Positions 9,914 through 17,814 of a stretch of 46,737 nt of DNA are shown here, piece by piece; within the stretch, counting starts at the first letter, position 1, and each line of letters begins with the position of its first letter. Both the position numbers and the translations under genes were made by a program. Under the pieces are notes generated by a model. It had not been told where the DNA came from. It searched no databases and saw only the letters and a list, made by a program, of their open reading frames with translations. Source of the stretch: an uncultured Sulfurovum sp. (GTDB lineage: Bacteria; Campylobacterota; Campylobacteria; Campylobacterales; Sulfurovaceae); NCBI GenBank assembly GCA_964514765.1, contig CAZEUM010000001.1, positions 1 to 46,737 of the forward strand, read 5' to 3'.

Positions 9914-10447
9914 TTACTGACAAGCACATTGTTTACTATTGCAAGTATTTTCTTGCATATCTGCTTGCACTGTATACTGAAGGTAATGACGTATCATTTC
10001 ACAATGAGAGTCTTTGGCATAATCTTCGGCCATATTAAGCGCATTATCCATGAGGTACATGTCAGCACCTTTTGCAATGAGAAACTTTACTGTTAAAAAT
10101 AATCCAGCTTCTATAGCATGCATAAGAGCAGTTTTCCCCATAGTATCTGTTAAATTGACATCAAGCCCTTTGTCTATAAGTAGTACCACTAATTCGTGTT
10201 TTTTACACGCTATAGCATGAAATAATGCATGTGTATTTTCAGCTACCACAAGGCTAGATCCAAATACCATAAGTAAATTAGCATTATAAATACTATGTTT
10301 TTTAATAGCCCAGTAGAGTGCATTTTCCCCAGCATCATTTCGAATGTTTACATCTATACCATTGAGTGAAATACGCTCTAGTAAAAGCTTTTCTCTTACC
10401 ATCTCTATGAGGTGTGTCTGTATGTGTCTATTAAGTGGTGCAGTCAT
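9914..10447 (-). CDS. Ankyrin repeat protein
   Basis: GIDVNIRNDAGENALYWAI and GLDVNLTDTMGKTALMHAI repeats, with a Cys-rich tail. Confidence 0.9.
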   Translation of the reverse strand: MTAPLNRHIQTHLIEMVREKLLLERISLNGIDVNIRNDAGENALYWAIKKHSIYNANLLMVFGSSLVVAENTHALFHAIACKKHELVVLLIDKGLDVNLTDTMGKTALMHAIEAGLFLTVKFLIAKGADMYLMDNALNMAEDYAKDSHCEMIRHYLQYTVQADMQENTCNSKQCACQ

Positions 10448-10467
10448 TTCTTACCTTTGTTTAGTTA

Positions 10468-10647
10468 TTTTAGGTCAACCTCCATATTGAATGTTTTAGG
10501 ACTCCTAAAAGGGACAAAGAGGAATAGTTAGTGTGGAGGCTTACATAAAATAATTGTTTTAGGTCAACCCTTCTTTGAGTAGGCTCAAGATATAATCAAA
10601 AGAGGAGGTTAAATGCATCCTCAAGGAAGGGCTTAATTAAAACAATT
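10468..10647 (-). ncRNA. Two tandem structured RNA units (putative sRNAs or cis-regulatory RNA)
   Basis: Units at 10468-10555 and 10557-10647 share TTTTAGGTCAACC, AAAGAGGA and GGCTTAnnTAAAAnAATT. Closing stems covary (CCTCCA/TGGAGG vs CCCTTC/GAAGGG). Each has an inner hairpin. No ORF. Confidence 0.55.
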
Positions 10648-10648
10648 T

Positions 10649-10710
10649 GTTTACTTTGATATCATAGACAAAGTAAACTTAAATAACTGTTAAAGTAATA
10701 ATCATTATCA
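10649..10710 (-). promoter_or_regulatory. Promoter with palindromic operator and Fur box
   Basis: Minus strand TTTAAG...TATGAT (-10 at 10661-10666) sits inside the inverted repeat GTTTACTTTG-10-CAAAGTAAAC. Fur-like 7-1-7 GTAATAATCATTATCA at 10695-10710. Confidence 0.6.
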
Positions 10711-11118
10711 TATTAAATATTCTAAAATAGCTAATCTTTTTAATCTTTTTGCATGTTCTAGCAATGTAAATGTCTGACCTTTATGATTTCTACGCGTAAT
10801 ACCTTTGTCTATACCTTTGTCTAAAAAGTATTTTAATGCCTCTAAATTGTCACAATCAATAGTATAAAAAAGTGCATTCATAGTGCTTGTCACCTCTAGT
10901 GTAGCACCATACTCCATAAGAAGCTTGACATTATACATATTATGATGGGAAATAGCCCAGTAAAGTGCCGTAAAACCAAAAGAATCTTTTTGATTAATAT
11001 CTGCCCATTTCATAAGATGTCTTTCTAAAATATAATTGCCTTGGACTGTTTGTAAAAAATCTGTACATATCTTTGGTTCAGGTTTTTTCCATATACTTTG
11101 TTGTAATGGTGCTGTCAT
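10708..11118 (-). CDS. Ankyrin repeat protein
   Basis: ADINQKDSFGFTALYWAI repeat. SD AAGGAG before ATG11118 (MTAPL...). Confidence 0.85.
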   Translation of the reverse strand: MTAPLQQSIWKKPEPKICTDFLQTVQGNYILERHLMKWADINQKDSFGFTALYWAISHHNMYNVKLLMEYGATLEVTSTMNALFYTIDCDNLEALKYFLDKGIDKGITRRNHKGQTFTLLEHAKRLKRLAILEYLI

Positions 11119-11128
11119 TTGAGTCTCC

Positions 11129-11380
11129 TTATGATGCTCTTGCGTAGTTTGAAAGTCTAAAAAGATTGATATACCAATCTTCACCTAAAACAAAATCTTC
11201 CAAATTGCACAAATCTAATTCTATGCCTTCATCCGTATAAGAAGCGTCTGATACCATATATAGTGGTATTTCCAATACTTCTTCACAATATTCCAAAACA
11301 AATAATTCTAGACTTTTATCTGGTGGATTCCATGCATGCTCAATCTTGTGCGTTGGAATAATAAAAAAATCTTCCATCAT
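11129..11380 (-). CDS. Small acidic hypothetical protein (83 aa)
   Basis: MMEDFFIIPTH...RLSNYARAS fits tightly between DUF2325 and the ankyrin gene. Confidence 0.65.
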   Translation of the reverse strand: MMEDFFIIPTHKIEHAWNPPDKSLELFVLEYCEEVLEIPLYMVSDASYTDEGIELDLCNLEDFVLGEDWYINLFRLSNYARAS

Positions 11381-11387
11381 AATCTTC

Positions 11388-11744
11388 TTACTCGCCTCTG
11401 AAACATCGTGTATGGTGTTCACATTGTTTACATATTTCTGAATTTTGATCAAGTTCAGAAAGCGTTTTTATGAATGCCTCTTTGACACACTCTACATTTC
11501 GTGTAGAATAAACTATGGGTAAATCTTTTGCTTTTGCTTCAGATCTATAGTGTTTCATAGCATTATGGTTTAAAAAATTTGTAAGCATAAGTACTATGTT
11601 TACTTTTGAAGGTATTACTTTATCTTTTTTCCTGCCATTTTTTTGATTTCTTGCAGTCCAGTGAATGATATCACTAATTCCTAACTCCATAAGTATTTTT
11701 CTTATAGGGTCTATTTTGTCTCCACCTAGTATTAAAATTGACAT
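11388..11744 (-). CDS. DUF2325 domain protein
   Basis: MSILILGGD..I...L...G...I.HW.AR and VLMLTNFLNHN..K....AK....P motifs, with a Cys-containing tail. Confidence 0.85.
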   Translation of the reverse strand: MSILILGGDKIDPIRKILMELGISDIIHWTARNQKNGRKKDKVIPSKVNIVLMLTNFLNHNAMKHYRSEAKAKDLPIVYSTRNVECVKEAFIKTLSELDQNSEICKQCEHHTRCFRGE

Positions 11745-11759
11745 CTTGTATCCTTTAGT

Positions 11760-11826
11760 TGATAACGATTTTCAGTATATTAAAATAAAAAACCTTAAAG
11801 CTAGGCTTAAATGACAATTATTATCA
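11760..11826. promoter_or_regulatory. Two Fur boxes in the divergent DUF2325/fur-like intergenic region
   Basis: TGATAACGATTTTCA (11760-11774) and TGACAATTATTATCA (11812-11826) match the TGATAATnATTATCA 7-1-7 consensus. Confidence 0.75.
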
Positions 11827-11921
11827 CTTTATTGATTCTTAAGCAAATAGTCGCAATAATTCGCAATATTAAATATTGTCTAAACAATTACTATCAAGAT
11901 TATTTTCAATAGAAGGCGCTT

Positions 11922-12329
11922 ATGAGCATAGACAAACTATACACGTGTATCAAAGAAAATAAAGTAAATACTTCTTATGCTAGAGAAGCTATTTATAGTT
12001 TATTGATGGAAAGCGAAGCATGTTTGAGTGTTGCAGATATAACAAGAAAACTAGAAGAGGGTAATTCAAAAAAGATATCTCTCAATACTATATATAGACA
12101 TTTGACTTTTTTTATAAAATGTAAATTGGCTATAGTAGTGCAAGATGATTTCAAAAAATCTTATTATATTTTAACCACAGATAAAGCACGAATCTTTTCA
12201 CTTTGTACCAAATGCAATAAAATTGATCTACTAGATGCAAAGTGTCATAATGGAGAACTACTTGAGCATTTAAAAAATTTTGAGTTTGTCACTGTACACA
12301 AAAGATGCATAAGGTGTATAGATAAATAG
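11922..12329 (+). CDS. Fur-family transcriptional regulator, atypical
   Basis: wHTH ISLNTIYRHL and two CxxC motifs (CTKC, CIRC). Lacks the HHxH motif. Confidence 0.85.
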   Translation: MSIDKLYTCIKENKVNTSYAREAIYSLLMESEACLSVADITRKLEEGNSKKISLNTIYRHLTFFIKCKLAIVVQDDFKKSYYILTTDKARIFSLCTKCNKIDLLDAKCHNGELLEHLKNFEFVTVHKRCIRCIDK

Positions 12330-12360
12330 TACCCAAATAACAAAATAGAAAAATAGAAAA

Positions 12361-12775
12361 ACAAGAGTCGAAGTAGATAAACTTTATGATACTTATCTTC
12401 CATAGCCTAAAAGCAATAGAGGGTATGCACCTTTTAACTTTATCCAAGCACTACTGCTAATGATGCACAGTGGAGGATGCTCCCTTGATGAGCTTCGTAT
12501 GATTCAAAGTGATACTGCAATGAAAGAAGCACTACACATCCACCAAGTACCCACAGCAGACGGAATAGGCAAGTGACTTAAGCGTCATGGGCAAAAATAG
12601 GGATGTATGGGATAGAATTCCAAAAATGCTCACGCCAGACCTATTTGAACACTCTGCAAATCAACACTCGGACACCTAGCCGATTAGTATTCGGACAGTT
12701 TTTACTAAAAAACGGCTGAAAATCAACAACCCCTACCCAAGGGTCGGGGAATTATTCCCGAGGATATTAAAATGG
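12361..12775 (+). mobile_element. IS1380-family transposase remnant
   Basis: Reads YLP*PKSNRGYAPFNFIQALLLMMHSGGCSLDELRMIQSDTAMKEALHIHQVPTADGIGK*LKRHG, an IS1380 N-terminal region with two in-frame stops. A GC-richer tail follows. Confidence 0.8.
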
Positions 12776-12806
12776 TATAAAGAAAGAACTTATGCACCGT
12801 ATATCC

Positions 12807-13466
12807 TTAGTAAGAAAACTTATAACCACGTCTTCTAACCGTATGAATCACTTGAAAGCCCAAGATATTTTTTAAACGTTTACGTATCTGATTTATGGCA
12901 ACTTCAACGGTATTGTCACTCACATACTCTGGTTCTTCCCATAATGCATTGATAATCTCATCTTTTGAGAAAACCCTTTGTTTACGAAGAGCAAGATAAG
13001 CTAGTATGTCAAATGTTTTTCCATTTAAAGAGACGATTTTTTCATCATACTCTATCTTTTTATTGGCTATGTCAATAACAAGTTTTTCAATGGTCACTTG
13101 CGTACCAAAAAGATGTCTCATATTTGCTAATACTCTAGCAGCTATAAGGTCAGGATGTCCACAGTGTTGATAAATCACATCATCTACCCCTAATGCATAA
13201 AATACAGCTTGCTGCTTAAAATTACCCGTAAGTATCATAATCTTTGTTTCGCTTTTTTTCTTTTTTACTTCATTGACATAACGCTCTAAAGAAAACTTAA
13301 CACCTTCATCTACAATAATAACAAGTTCATAGTGTCTAAAATCTGTAAAATTTGTTGCATCATATATATCTTTTGCATTGTCTACAATACAAATAAAATA
13401 ATTATCTAATTCTTTTTCAAGTTCCTTGACGTATTCGTCACCAAAACCTACGGTTAATATTCTCAT
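12807..13466 (-). CDS. Orphan OmpR-family response regulator, HsrA/CosR-like
   Basis: C-terminus WEEPEYVSDNTVEVAINQIRK...TVRRRGYKF resembles HP1043/HsrA. The receiver domain is degenerate and no kinase is adjacent. Confidence 0.8.
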   Translation of the reverse strand: MRILTVGFGDEYVKELEKELDNYFICIVDNAKDIYDATNFTDFRHYELVIIVDEGVKFSLERYVNEVKKKKSETKIMILTGNFKQQAVFYALGVDDVIYQHCGHPDLIAARVLANMRHLFGTQVTIEKLVIDIANKKIEYDEKIVSLNGKTFDILAYLALRKQRVFSKDEIINALWEEPEYVSDNTVEVAINQIRKRLKNILGFQVIHTVRRRGYKFSY

Positions 13467-13556
13467 CTATTTCCAATCTTAAAGTTTTTCCACTTTTCTC
13501 TTTTATATAGTGTATTTATAGCTAAATGTACCTTGTTTAAAAATAAAAGTAAGGTT

Positions 13557-14462
13557 CTACAAAGCTTTTATTGCTCTAATATAAGCTCTTTTAGGTGCAG
13601 GATAACCTTCGACTGTCTTTGTTTTGTCATTAGGGTCTAAATAATCTTCCAGGCTTTGTGTATCTATCCACTCTGTTTTTCTTTGTTCGTTAGACTGAGT
13701 GACCATTGTTTCAAGTACTTCTACATGCTCAAACCCTGCTCTATGACACCAGTTTATGAGTGCGGGTATGGTAGGGACAAAATAAATATTTGGTATTTTG
13801 GAATATCTCTCTTTAGGCGTAAGACAGATTTCTTCTTCTCCGTCTATCATAAAAGTGTCTAAAATGAGTTCACCACCTTTATTTAAGCCTTTATAAAGTG
13901 ACTTTAACATCATCATAGGGTCAGACCTATGGTACAGTACACCTAAACAAAACAAAGTATCAAACTTATGTTCATAAAATTCTACATGCTCTACACCTAA
14001 AAGCTCATAGACAATATCCGACTTGATAAAATGATTGATGAATTGAAATTGGGAGTAGTAAATGACAGAGGGGTCAAACCCTATGAGTTTTTTAGGTTTA
14101 TGAGAAAGCATACGAAACAAGTAATAGCCATTGTTACAACCTATATCTCCTACAATTTTATCTTGAAGATTAAAATGTGGTTCTAGTAAATTGTATTTAA
14201 TTTGACTTTGCCATTCGGAATCTATGAAAAGATTATTAATCTCAAAAGAACCTTTTCTCCATGGCTTCATAAGGAGTGCTATCTCTTTAATTTGATTGGC
14301 ACCATCTTCACTAAGATTTGGAATTTTCAAAGAGACGCTATCTCCTAAATTTACCTCAACAGCATTATATTGAGGTAGCTTTTTAATGGCCTCTTGATAG
14401 GGAATTATATTTTTCCAAGTAAGCCATTTTTTGCGTTCTTCTCTTAAGGTATTTAGGTTCAT
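13557..14462 (-). CDS. cmoB: tRNA U34 carboxymethyltransferase CmoB
   Basis: PWRKG, IDSEWQS, DIGCNNGYY, CLGVLYHR, EQRKTEWI..QSL and EGYPAPKRA. Confidence 0.95.
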   Translation of the reverse strand: MNLNTLREERKKWLTWKNIIPYQEAIKKLPQYNAVEVNLGDSVSLKIPNLSEDGANQIKEIALLMKPWRKGSFEINNLFIDSEWQSQIKYNLLEPHFNLQDKIVGDIGCNNGYYLFRMLSHKPKKLIGFDPSVIYYSQFQFINHFIKSDIVYELLGVEHVEFYEHKFDTLFCLGVLYHRSDPMMMLKSLYKGLNKGGELILDTFMIDGEEEICLTPKERYSKIPNIYFVPTIPALINWCHRAGFEHVEVLETMVTQSNEQRKTEWIDTQSLEDYLDPNDKTKTVEGYPAPKRAYIRAIKAL

Positions 14463-14996
14463 TTATTTTTTGATATACGCTCTTTTAATGACTTGCTTAA
14501 ACATTGGAATATTGTTACCTGGGGATACAGATACTTTTTCCATTTTACGCACTATTTCTTTTCCATTCACAACTTCTCCAAAGATAGTATGTTTACCGTT
14601 TAACCACTCTGCTGGTGCTAATGTAATAAAAAACTGACTTCCATTTGTCTTGGGACCAGAGTTTGCCATAGCAAGTAAATAAGGTCTGTCAAAAACTACA
14701 TTTTTCCCAAACTCGTCTTTAAATGGTTTTTTCCATATAGACTCTCCACCTGTTCCATTGCCTACAGGGTCACCACCTTGTATCATAAAGCCTTTGATGA
14801 TTCTATGAAATGTCAAACCATTATAGTAGCCATTTTTTACATGAGTAGTAAAGTTCTCTACGGCCAAAGGAGCAACTTTAGGGTACATCTTCAACTCTAT
14901 TTTTCCTACATTTGTCTCTAGCACCACAATAGTATCTTTCGCATAAGCATGAATACTAAAACCTACAAATAACAATCCGATTAACAATTTTTTCAT
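14463..14996 (-). CDS. Cyclophilin-type peptidyl-prolyl isomerase with signal peptide
   Basis: FHRIIKGFMIQGGDP, LAMANSGPKTNGSQFFIT and WLNGKHTIFG. Confidence 0.95.
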   Translation of the reverse strand: MKKLLIGLLFVGFSIHAYAKDTIVVLETNVGKIELKMYPKVAPLAVENFTTHVKNGYYNGLTFHRIIKGFMIQGGDPVGNGTGGESIWKKPFKDEFGKNVVFDRPYLLAMANSGPKTNGSQFFITLAPAEWLNGKHTIFGEVVNGKEIVRKMEKVSVSPGNNIPMFKQVIKRAYIKK

Positions 14997-15221
14997 CTTT
15001 TTTCCTTAAATTATGATTTTAAATATTATAACGTTTTTACGATTTACTTTACATAATTTAGCGTATTATCTTTCAAGTTGATTTTAAGGGCTAGAGGTGG
15101 ATGTAACCATAAGATATTTATGAGATACCAGAGATATAGGGAGAGAATATGCCAAGAAAACCACCATATCATCAGCAATAGTAAAATACCTGCTTTTTGT
15201 CTATACTATATGTCTGCTCCT

Positions 15222-15329
15222 ATGTTTTCTTACAGCTTCTAGATATTGCATAAAATATAAATGTTCAGTTTTTTTTCAAGATGATTGTATGAAAGTTGGA
15301 TATTGTGTTTTAAATTTATCTAAAGCATT
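15222..15329 (-). mobile_element. IS256-family transposase fragment
   Basis: Reads LDKFKTQYPTFIQSS*KKTEHLYFMQYLEAVRKH, the region preceding the IYTTN motif. Confidence 0.55.
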
Positions 15330-15340
15330 AGACCTATAAA

Positions 15341-15501
15341 AACTATAAAACTTTAGACGCACTCAAAAGACACATGATGAGTTTTTTACTTCTTTATAAT
15401 TATCAGAAAAACTCAAAGCTTTAAAGTATAAGACACTTATAATGATACAATGATACAAATATATCAGGACAATCCTGAGAGTAAACCTTTGGGAGTAAAT
15501 A
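15341..15501 (+). mobile_element. IS481-family transposase C-terminal fragment
   Basis: NYKTLDALKRHMMSFLLLYNYQK/LKALKYKT...NPESKPLGVN with frameshifts. Confidence 0.65.
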
Positions 15502-15529
15502 AATAATAATTATCAAATGGCGGATTCGC

Positions 15530-15730
15530 ATACCAAGCGAATACCCTAAAGAACGCCCACAAGGGACTATTTTCAAAGACTAGCTCAACAAGCGTAAGTG
15601 TAATAAATCTACTAAATAGATTTATATAGATACAAAGAAACAAAGGTAAACGGGGCTACAGACATAAGCAAGCTCAGGAAAATAGCCTAAAGCGATGTTA
15701 TGAGAAAGTCAAAGCGACAAAGCCAACACC
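15530..15730 (+). mobile_element. IS30-family transposase N-terminal fragment
   Basis: NKST...IQRNKGKRGYRHKQAQENSLKR, matching the IS30 HTH/REixRN region. Confidence 0.65.
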
Positions 15731-15831
15731 CTTTTAAACTTTCAAAAAAAAGCAAAAGACCTATAATCTTTGGGTTCAAAGATATAAAGAAGTTTATAAA
15801 TAAAGAAAAACAATAAAAAGGTACACAATAA

Positions 15832-16704
15832 ATGGCAGAAACATTTCAAGTTCAACAGCGCTCAAAACTCTTAGTATTTTTATTTAATGCACTTTCAGGG
15901 TGGTCAAAAAAGAAAGTAAAACAACGTTTACAAAATGCAAACATTAGCGTTAACGGTGTAACCACAAGCAAACATGACTTTATCATAGAGGTAGGCGATG
16001 TGGTGGAAGTAGATGCAGTACCTGGTACATTTTCAAGAAAAACCTCTGTACAAACATTGGCAAGCCTTGAAATACTCTACCAAGACAAAGACCTCATAGC
16101 CATAAACAAACCCGCAGGACTTCTGTCTGTAGGAACGACACAAGAGACAAAACAACATGCCCTTGCCCTACTTCGTAAACAACTCTCACGCGCCAAAGAG
16201 ATGGTGAAACTTTGGCCAGTACATAGACTCGATAGAGAGACTTCTGGGGTATTGCTTTTTGCTACTTCTAAAGAAGTACGTGAAGGTGTTATGGATAAAT
16301 GGGGTGTTTCTGAAAAAACTTATTTGGCCATTGTTAAAGGCACACCTAAAGAGAGTACAGGAACCATTAACGAGCCTCTAAGACTAGATGAAACAGAGTA
16401 CCGTATGCATGTCGGCGCACACAAAGATTCCAAAGCAGCCATTACGCATTACAAGGTATTAGAAAGTAAAAATGGAAAGTCACTCCTAGAAGTACGCATA
16501 GAAACTGGCAGACAACACCAAATACGTGCTCATATGGCTTGGCTTGGACATAGCATTGTAGGTGATGAACGCTATGGTACAATAGGTCATAAAATGGGAC
16601 TTCACGCACTAAGACTTAGCACTATACACCCAAAAAGTAAAAAGACTTTAGAACTTACAGTAGATGCACCTAGTGATTTCTATAAATTATTACTATCTCA
16701 GTAA
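15832..16704 (+). CDS. RluA/RluD-family pseudouridine synthase
   Basis: INKPAGLLS, VHRLDRETSG, ETGRQHQIRAH, IVGDERYG and LHA, with an S4-like N-terminus. Confidence 0.93.
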   Translation: MAETFQVQQRSKLLVFLFNALSGWSKKKVKQRLQNANISVNGVTTSKHDFIIEVGDVVEVDAVPGTFSRKTSVQTLASLEILYQDKDLIAINKPAGLLSVGTTQETKQHALALLRKQLSRAKEMVKLWPVHRLDRETSGVLLFATSKEVREGVMDKWGVSEKTYLAIVKGTPKESTGTINEPLRLDETEYRMHVGAHKDSKAAITHYKVLESKNGKSLLEVRIETGRQHQIRAHMAWLGHSIVGDERYGTIGHKMGLHALRLSTIHPKSKKTLELTVDAPSDFYKLLLSQ

Positions 16705-16729
16705 ATACACAAGTTTTTGTGTATTTACT
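16700..16729. terminator. Bidirectional hairpin between convergent genes
   Basis: Perfect 13-bp arms AGTAAATACACAA/TTGTGTATTTACT with a 4-nt loop. Confidence 0.7.
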
Positions 16730-16742
16730 TGACTAGGTAACC

Positions 16743-17195
16743 TTACTCACCCTCTTTCAATATATTTACATCATCACCAAGAGAGATTTTTCCATGGTCT
16801 AAAGGTCGTACAAAAAGACCACGGTTTCCACGAATTATGTCAGGTAGTTCTGGTGCAAGTGCCATGAGGTAGCTGTATGATTCACAAGGACCTGTTACTT
16901 CTAATAAAGTATCACCCAATTCTATAACAGAACCTTTTTTTAACCCATATAAATCAATATCGACAATAATGTTTTCCATTAATACACCTTTGTCAATGAC
17001 CAGCTCTGCTTCTTCTATCAGCTCATAACTCTTTAAACAGGTAAGCATCATGACATAATCTTGACTAGTCTCATAATTCATATCTTCTAAAATTCCATCA
17101 GGGTCACACTCAAAATCTTCACATGCCATACGATGTCCAGAACGCATCATATCTGGCATTGTCATATAGAGTGCCAATACTTTTCCAGTTTTCAT
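16743..17195 (-). CDS. MOSC-domain protein
   Basis: ENIIVD, G..LEVTGPC, RGLF...G.I..GD.V pattern. Confidence 0.8.
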   Translation of the reverse strand: MKTGKVLALYMTMPDMMRSGHRMACEDFECDPDGILEDMNYETSQDYVMMLTCLKSYELIEEAELVIDKGVLMENIIVDIDLYGLKKGSVIELGDTLLEVTGPCESYSYLMALAPELPDIIRGNRGLFVRPLDHGKISLGDDVNILKEGE

Positions 17196-17259
17196 TTTTT
17201 ATATCCTTAGTAATACAGTTATTTTATAAGCCATACTAGCATAGAAGGTTTAAAATAAA

Positions 17260-17733
17260 CTATAAATAATTAAGGGGATCTTTAACCTTTTTCTTTTTTT
17301 CTGCTTCAAGCTTCAACTTATACATGAAATACGCTGAAGTGGGGGCATCCACAGTGTTGATGTGCATGACTATCCACTCTGGTGACTTACGTATAAAATT
17401 AATCACCTTGTCTATATCACCAAATTTTTGCCACTGTTTAATCGTAATGCCTAGATCCATTAAAAAGATATCATGTGTCATTTTATGCATTTCATAAGAA
17501 GGGAAATCATATTTATTCATAAGACGTTCTTCATTAGCAAAATGTTCTTTTACATGCTCAAGGTATTCATTTAACTTTACTTCTAAGGCATTGAGTTTTT
17601 CTTCTGTTTTATCCATGCCGTAGTATGTGGCCAGTTTATCTACCTCGTTTAAAATGGCTATCTCTTCTTCATGTGTCTCTTGCATTTCTTCAAAGTCTAG
17701 GTATTCAACTTGTTCTGCATATAGTAATGCCAT
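17260..17733 (-). CDS. Single-domain bacteriohemerythrin
   Basis: H...HFANEERLM...FP..EMHK..H and W..MHI..VD di-iron ligands. Confidence 0.9.
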   Translation of the reverse strand: MALLYAEQVEYLDFEEMQETHEEEIAILNEVDKLATYYGMDKTEEKLNALEVKLNEYLEHVKEHFANEERLMNKYDFPSYEMHKMTHDIFLMDLGITIKQWQKFGDIDKVINFIRKSPEWIVMHINTVDAPTSAYFMYKLKLEAEKKKKVKDPLNYL

Positions 17734-17814
17734 ACTGCATCCTTTTTTACTAGTATAATAAACAAAAATGTTAGAATGTTACTTGATGAATGTCAATATA
17801 GAGGAAATATACCA

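Noticed and set aside
10449-10660. CRISPR mini-array or type III antitoxin array reading of the tandem repeats
   Set aside because: Only two units, the 'spacers' share a conserved core and self-pair, and no cas or ToxN-like gene is recognisable.
15156-15180. Minus-strand (Y)ADDMVVF resembling a reverse-transcriptase motif; also GIDFLG near 45100-45121
   Set aside because: Needs a frameshift, has no flanking RT motifs, and the two hits are 30 kb apart; compatible with chance.
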